The position numbers were made by a program, and so were the translations under genes. The notes under the pieces were generated by a model that did not search any database, was not told where the DNA came from, and saw only the letters and a program-made list of their open reading frames with translations. A DNA stretch of 64,000 bases from an uncultured Acidobacteriota bacterium. GTDB lineage: Bacteria; Acidobacteriota; Vicinamibacteria; Vicinamibacterales; CAVVIG01. Shown here in pieces: positions 59,989 through 64,000 of this stretch; position 1 is the first letter of the stretch, and each line of letters begins with the position of its first letter. The stretch covers positions 61,088 to 125,087 of the forward strand of contig CAVVPE010000019.1 in assembly GCA_963750035.1 (NCBI GenBank), written 5' to 3'.

Positions 59989-60976
59989 ATGACAGTCTCT
60001 ACAGCGCGTTTTCAAGTGCTGACTGCCGACGACGTGCTGTCCCATCTCCGGGCGCTGCGTGTGCGGCAGCCGGTCCAGTACCTGGGCCTTCTATTCGAGT
60101 CAGCTGGGGGGCATTGTCACGGACCCCGCGCTGATGGTGATCCCGTTCGACGACCACATGGTGCACCGCGGACACGGGATCTTCGATACTGCCGGATTGG
60201 TCGACGGCAAGATTTACGACCTCGAGGCGCACCTCGAGCGGTTTCTCCTCTCTGCCGAGCGATCGAAGCTGCGTGTGCCCGCCTCACGTGATGAGATGCG
60301 CGACATTATCGTCAGACGACGGCGGCCAGCGCCGCCGGGACGGCTCGATTCGCTATTGGCTTTCGTCGGGGCCGGGCAGCCTCGAGCTCAGCCCGCCGCC
60401 GGCGCCGAGCCCGGCTTTTTCGTCATGGTGTTCGCGGGCCTGTCGTACCCGGAGCGGTGGTACACCGAGGGTCTGCGAGTGATGACGACGACCTATCCGA
60501 TCAAGCCTGCCTTCTACGCGATCACGAAAGCGACCAATTACCTGCCGAATGTCCTGATGCAGATGCAGGCCAAGGAGGCCGGCTTCGACAACGGCGTGTT
60601 CATCGATGCCAACGGTCACGTCGGTGAGAGCTCGAACATGAACGTGGCGTTTGTGACCCGCGACGGCGTGCTCGTCCATCCGAAGTTCGAGCACGTTCTC
60701 ACAGGTTGTACATCGGTCCGCCTCCTGGACCTCGCTGGCCGTTTGCCGATCAGGGACTCCTCACGGGAATCGAACTTCGCGACATCCCTGAGGCCGAGGC
60801 GCGCGCCTGCCGCGAGATGCTGCTCATGGGCAGTTCGGTGAAAATCGCGCCGATCGTCCAGTGGGACGGGCAGATGATCGGCGACGGCAGGCCAGGGCCC
60901 GTCGCGAAGGCGCTTCTCGGGCTGCTCGAGGAAGACATGCACACGGCGGATCGGTTGATCGCCGGTGCCCTATTAG
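59989..60976 (+). CDS. Aminotransferase class IV, plant DAAT/ADC-lyase-like subfamily; frameshifted
   Basis: FYSSQLGGIVTDPALMVIPFDDHMVHRGHGIFDT; KATNYLPNVL; ESSNMNVAF; LTGCT; ends EEDM...VPY*. Confidence 0.88.
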
Positions 60977-60999
60977 CCACCGACCTGGCGGGTAACGTT

Positions 61000-63072
61000 T
61001 CACACGGCGGACGATCGCAGCAGCCGGACGATCAGGAACACCAACACCACAACCGCGGCGACCACAACGGCCCAGAACACCTGCGGTGATAGGGGCGATG
61101 CAGGCGGGGCACCGCTTTCAGCCGGTTCGGCGCCGGCGGCGACTTCCATGGCGCTCACGCCGAGAAGTCGCGGCGCCAGAAGCGCGAGGTCGTAACTAGG
61201 CGCCGCCAACTCGGGTTGTCCGTACGCGAGGCGCAGCATCGTCTCCGGTCCCCGGAAGAACCGCAGCCGGTATTGAGGGAAGAGCAGCCGGCCAGACGCG
61301 ATCGGCAGCACGCTGTTGTCGCCCTCGTCCACCACGACAAGCAGTCGGCTGGCCTCGGTGTCCGGCAGGGGCAGCGTGAGTGCCGGCGCGGCGGTTTCCT
61401 GAGAGGCGTTCACCCACTCTGCCGAGGCGAGCGTTTCGATCCAGGCATCGCGCCGCAGACGATCGGGCTGCCGTTCGGTGGCGATGTTGACGCGCCGCCG
61501 GAACACCCGAGTGTTGGTCGTCAGCACGAGCCGGGCGGACGACAGCCGCTCGTGCGGCCACGCGATTCCGTACACCGTTTCGCTCGGCCTGGTCCGGAGC
61601 GACGGAGGCACAGGGTCGAGCCGCTCCAGCGTGACGTCCACCGACAGCGGCTCGGAGGATCGCTCGACGAGGTACGGCACCTGACGGCCGTCTTCACTGA
61701 TCAGCCGCACGTCTCCAAAGCGCGAAACGATTCCGCTGCTGTGGGCGAGCGCCGCTTCGTCGAGGCGCAGCGCAACCATGCCCGGCTCTCCGGACGGAAT
61801 TTCGCGGACGTACTTGAACTTCGCGGCGTCGATGGCGGCGCCCACCGTGGGCAGGCCGGTGCCAGACGTCTGATTGTCGACGTCCGTCCGCGTTCGCGGC
61901 TCACCCCAACGCGCCTCAGGCACCCGCTCGATCCGGAGCGATGGCCGGACCGCCTCGAGATCGTACCGGGGTGGCGGCAGCGTCGAATTGCCATAACGGG
62001 CCAGGATGGTCCCCTTACTCTCGAAGTAGATCCACGGCAGTTCCGCGAATCTCGCCGTGACGCCGCGCAAGTCCAGCGGTGGATTGTTGCCGTCGTCGAT
62101 CACGAGGTCGAGTTCGGGTTCGACGGGTGGCCGAATGTGTATGCGGAGCGCTTCCGCCATGATCGATTCTTGTTCGACTCGCTTCAGTGTGCCGCGGCCA
62201 ATGAGCGCCGGCGTCGCTTCAGCGCCGGTGAGCCGCGCCTCGTAGACCTCGGCGTCGCGCATCACGTGACCCGGAGCCACGTCGAGGTCCAGCGCCACAA
62301 TCGGCAGGCGGGCGCCCGGCAGGCGCAAATGAAACCGGCTACGGCCAGGCTCGCTCGGCCGCCGCTCGACGATCACGGCCGTGGTAAGCGTCACAGCCGG
62401 CAAGAGGTGCGACACAATCCGCGCGGACGCGGAGGGAGGCAGTCCGATCCGGCCGCTCCGGCTGTCGTCCCACGTGACCCTGAAATACCGATACGACCCC
62501 GGAACGAAGCCAAGCTCGACCTGCCGCAACCGAGGTTCTGGAAGATCGAACACCGTGCCTTCCTCGACCAATAGCGTCCAGTGCGCGCGATCGCCGCTCC
62601 CCTCCAGGCGAAGCCGTTTCAGGAAAGGCGGCGGCAGCCGATCGAGCCTGAATCGATCGACGAGCACGGCCTCCCCCAGATCGGCCTCGAAGCCGCTCGT
62701 CCGCTGCCGTTCGGTCTCGACCGCTGCTACTGGAAGAATCGCGGACGCCTCCCGCCAGGTCGGCGCCGCATCGGGGTTGGCAACGAGCAGATGCGGGATT
62801 TCCGTGCCCGCTGCGTCGAACAACCGGAGATCAGCAAGGCCGCCGGTGGCCACGGCCCCGGCGTCGGGATCGTCCTGCGCACGGAGGCGCACGCTGAACG
62901 GACTCCCAGCGGCAACGAGGGCGACATCGAGCGGCAGACGCCGCGGTCCCGGATCCGCGCCCGTGACGATCGGCCGTTCGAATCGAAATGGCGTCGGCGC
63001 CGGCGTCTGAGCGAGCAGGGCTGCGCCAAGCAGGCCAGTGGCAACCGCGGCGATGGCCGCACGGAGTCTCAT
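61000..63072 (-). CDS. Exported DUF3999-like protein with internal duplication and C-terminal TM anchor
   Basis: Signal peptide; LADLRLFDAAGTEIPHLL and FGDVRLISEDGRQVPYLV; IDDGNNPPL and VDEGDNSVL; PRYDL and PSYDL; final TM. Confidence 0.75.
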   Translation of the reverse strand: MRLRAAIAAVATGLLGAALLAQTPAPTPFRFERPIVTGADPGPRRLPLDVALVAAGSPFSVRLRAQDDPDAGAVATGGLADLRLFDAAGTEIPHLLVANPDAAPTWREASAILPVAAVETERQRTSGFEADLGEAVLVDRFRLDRLPPPFLKRLRLEGSGDRAHWTLLVEEGTVFDLPEPRLRQVELGFVPGSYRYFRVTWDDSRSGRIGLPPSASARIVSHLLPAVTLTTAVIVERRPSEPGRSRFHLRLPGARLPIVALDLDVAPGHVMRDAEVYEARLTGAEATPALIGRGTLKRVEQESIMAEALRIHIRPPVEPELDLVIDDGNNPPLDLRGVTARFAELPWIYFESKGTILARYGNSTLPPPRYDLEAVRPSLRIERVPEARWGEPRTRTDVDNQTSGTGLPTVGAAIDAAKFKYVREIPSGEPGMVALRLDEAALAHSSGIVSRFGDVRLISEDGRQVPYLVERSSEPLSVDVTLERLDPVPPSLRTRPSETVYGIAWPHERLSSARLVLTTNTRVFRRRVNIATERQPDRLRRDAWIETLASAEWVNASQETAAPALTLPLPDTEASRLLVVVDEGDNSVLPIASGRLLFPQYRLRFFRGPETMLRLAYGQPELAAPSYDLALLAPRLLGVSAMEVAAGAEPAESGAPPASPLSPQVFWAVVVAAVVVLVFLIVRLLRSSAV

Positions 63073-64000
63073 GTCCGCTCTTTTGGGGTCAGGAGCACGA
63101 ACCTCTGCAGCGCGAGGGCGACCAGCGCGAGCGACGCCGCGAGGCCAACCAGCGAGCCCACTCGATACAAGCCGCCGAGCGAGCCCAAATCGTAGAGAAA
63201 GGCCTTCGACGTCGTCACTGCGATCAGAGCGAGGGCGGCGATGCGCCCGTAGCGGTTGTTCGCGTAAATGCCAACAGCGAGCATCGCCATGCCGAACACC
63301 AGCCAGGCCAGCGTGTAGGTCAGGTCCTGCGCGACGTCGGCGCCGAATCGGAAGGTGATTTCAGGCCCCGTCGCGAAGAAATCCGCGACTTCGATGTTGA
63401 GCAGCAGAAAGAGCACGATGACCCCGGCCGGCGTGAGAAGCGTGGAGATGCGTGGCGCGCCGGCGACGATGCGATCATCGGTCGGCTGCAGCAAGCGGGC
63501 GGCCGCGAACATCGCGACCGCGCAGGTCACGTAGGCATAGAGATACCAGTTGAACAGCCGCACGCTCCCCCGGGGCTCGTAAACGAAGATCGCCGGATTG
63601 AGGACGAGGCGGACGAACACGATCGCCATCAGCGCGCTTGCACCGTACAGCAGGCCCTTGTGCGGTACGCGGCGGTACAGCCACGCGAGCGCGGCCGCTT
63701 CGAGGGCCCAGCCGATCGTGATCCACTGGTTGGTGAGTTGTACCGGAATGGCAACGGTGGCAAAGCCCAGCGCACTGGCGGCGACCAGCGCGAGGCGGCC
63801 CAGGTCCCGCTGGCCGGCCGGCTCCAGGCGGAGCAGCTGTCGCAGCGTGAACGCCAGCACGATGCCTTCGACCACCGGCACGACCCCGACCACCGAGCGG
63901 AGCTGGCCGACGAGAAGCGCTTGCCGGGCGGCGAAGAAGAAAAAGACGCTTCCCAGAATAGCCGTCAGATACGGGCCGCGATCCTTGAGCGCCCGCCGAT
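63069..64000 (-). CDS. DUF2339-like multi-pass membrane protein; N-terminus outside window
   Basis: AIPVQLTNQWITIGWALEA; KAFLYDLGSLGGLYRVGSLVGL; ATGA overlap with the DUF3999-like gene. Confidence 0.78.
   Translation of the reverse strand, partial: RRALKDRGPYLTAILGSVFFFFAARQALLVGQLRSVVGVVPVVEGIVLAFTLRQLLRLEPAGQRDLGRLALVAASALGFATVAIPVQLTNQWITIGWALEAAALAWLYRRVPHKGLLYGASALMAIVFVRLVLNPAIFVYEPRGSVRLFNWYLYAYVTCAVAMFAAARLLQPTDDRIVAGAPRISTLLTPAGVIVLFLLLNIEVADFFATGPEITFRFGADVAQDLTYTLAWLVFGMAMLAVGIYANNRYGRIAALALIAVTTSKAFLYDLGSLGGLYRVGSLVGLAASLALVALALQRFVLLTPKERT

Overview
GC-rich bacterial core-chromosome segment. Gene content and repeat style suggest Acidobacteriota, probably Vicinamibacterales (inference, no search run). 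The consensus carries many 1-nt indels typical of long reads, so most genes are split across ORF-track frames, and my boundaries are reconstructions. In order: a PAS kinase/NarL pair divergent from an atypical NtrC-family protein; PBP1A; a FecR/Pro-rich protein; dnaK-dnaJ-hspR under a HAIR-like operator; a DnaC/DnaI-like ATPase; hemW; acyl-CoA dehydrogenase-meaB-mce; MBL-mtnP-PfkB kinase-M28 peptidase; small membrane genes; ribH-nusB-lysS-lolC/E-lolD-clpC-bamA-skp; fabZ/lpxA-lpxI-Gfo oxidoreductase; a futalosine menaquinone cluster; tonB-miaA-deoB-dgt; a flavin amine oxidase; a class IV aminotransferase; a DUF3999/DUF2339-like pair. I found no tRNA, rRNA, CRISPR array or transposase. Best leads: (1) a cysteine-free MqnE paralogue, missing its radical-SAM loop, at the head of the mqnA-mqnC operon; (2) an in-frame FabZ-LpxA fusion; (3) mirrored 7-9-mer repeat arrays at many gene junctions, plus a ~100-bp element that ends on start codons; (4) an HspR/HAIR heat-shock circuit; (5) a plant-type D-amino-acid transaminase homologue.
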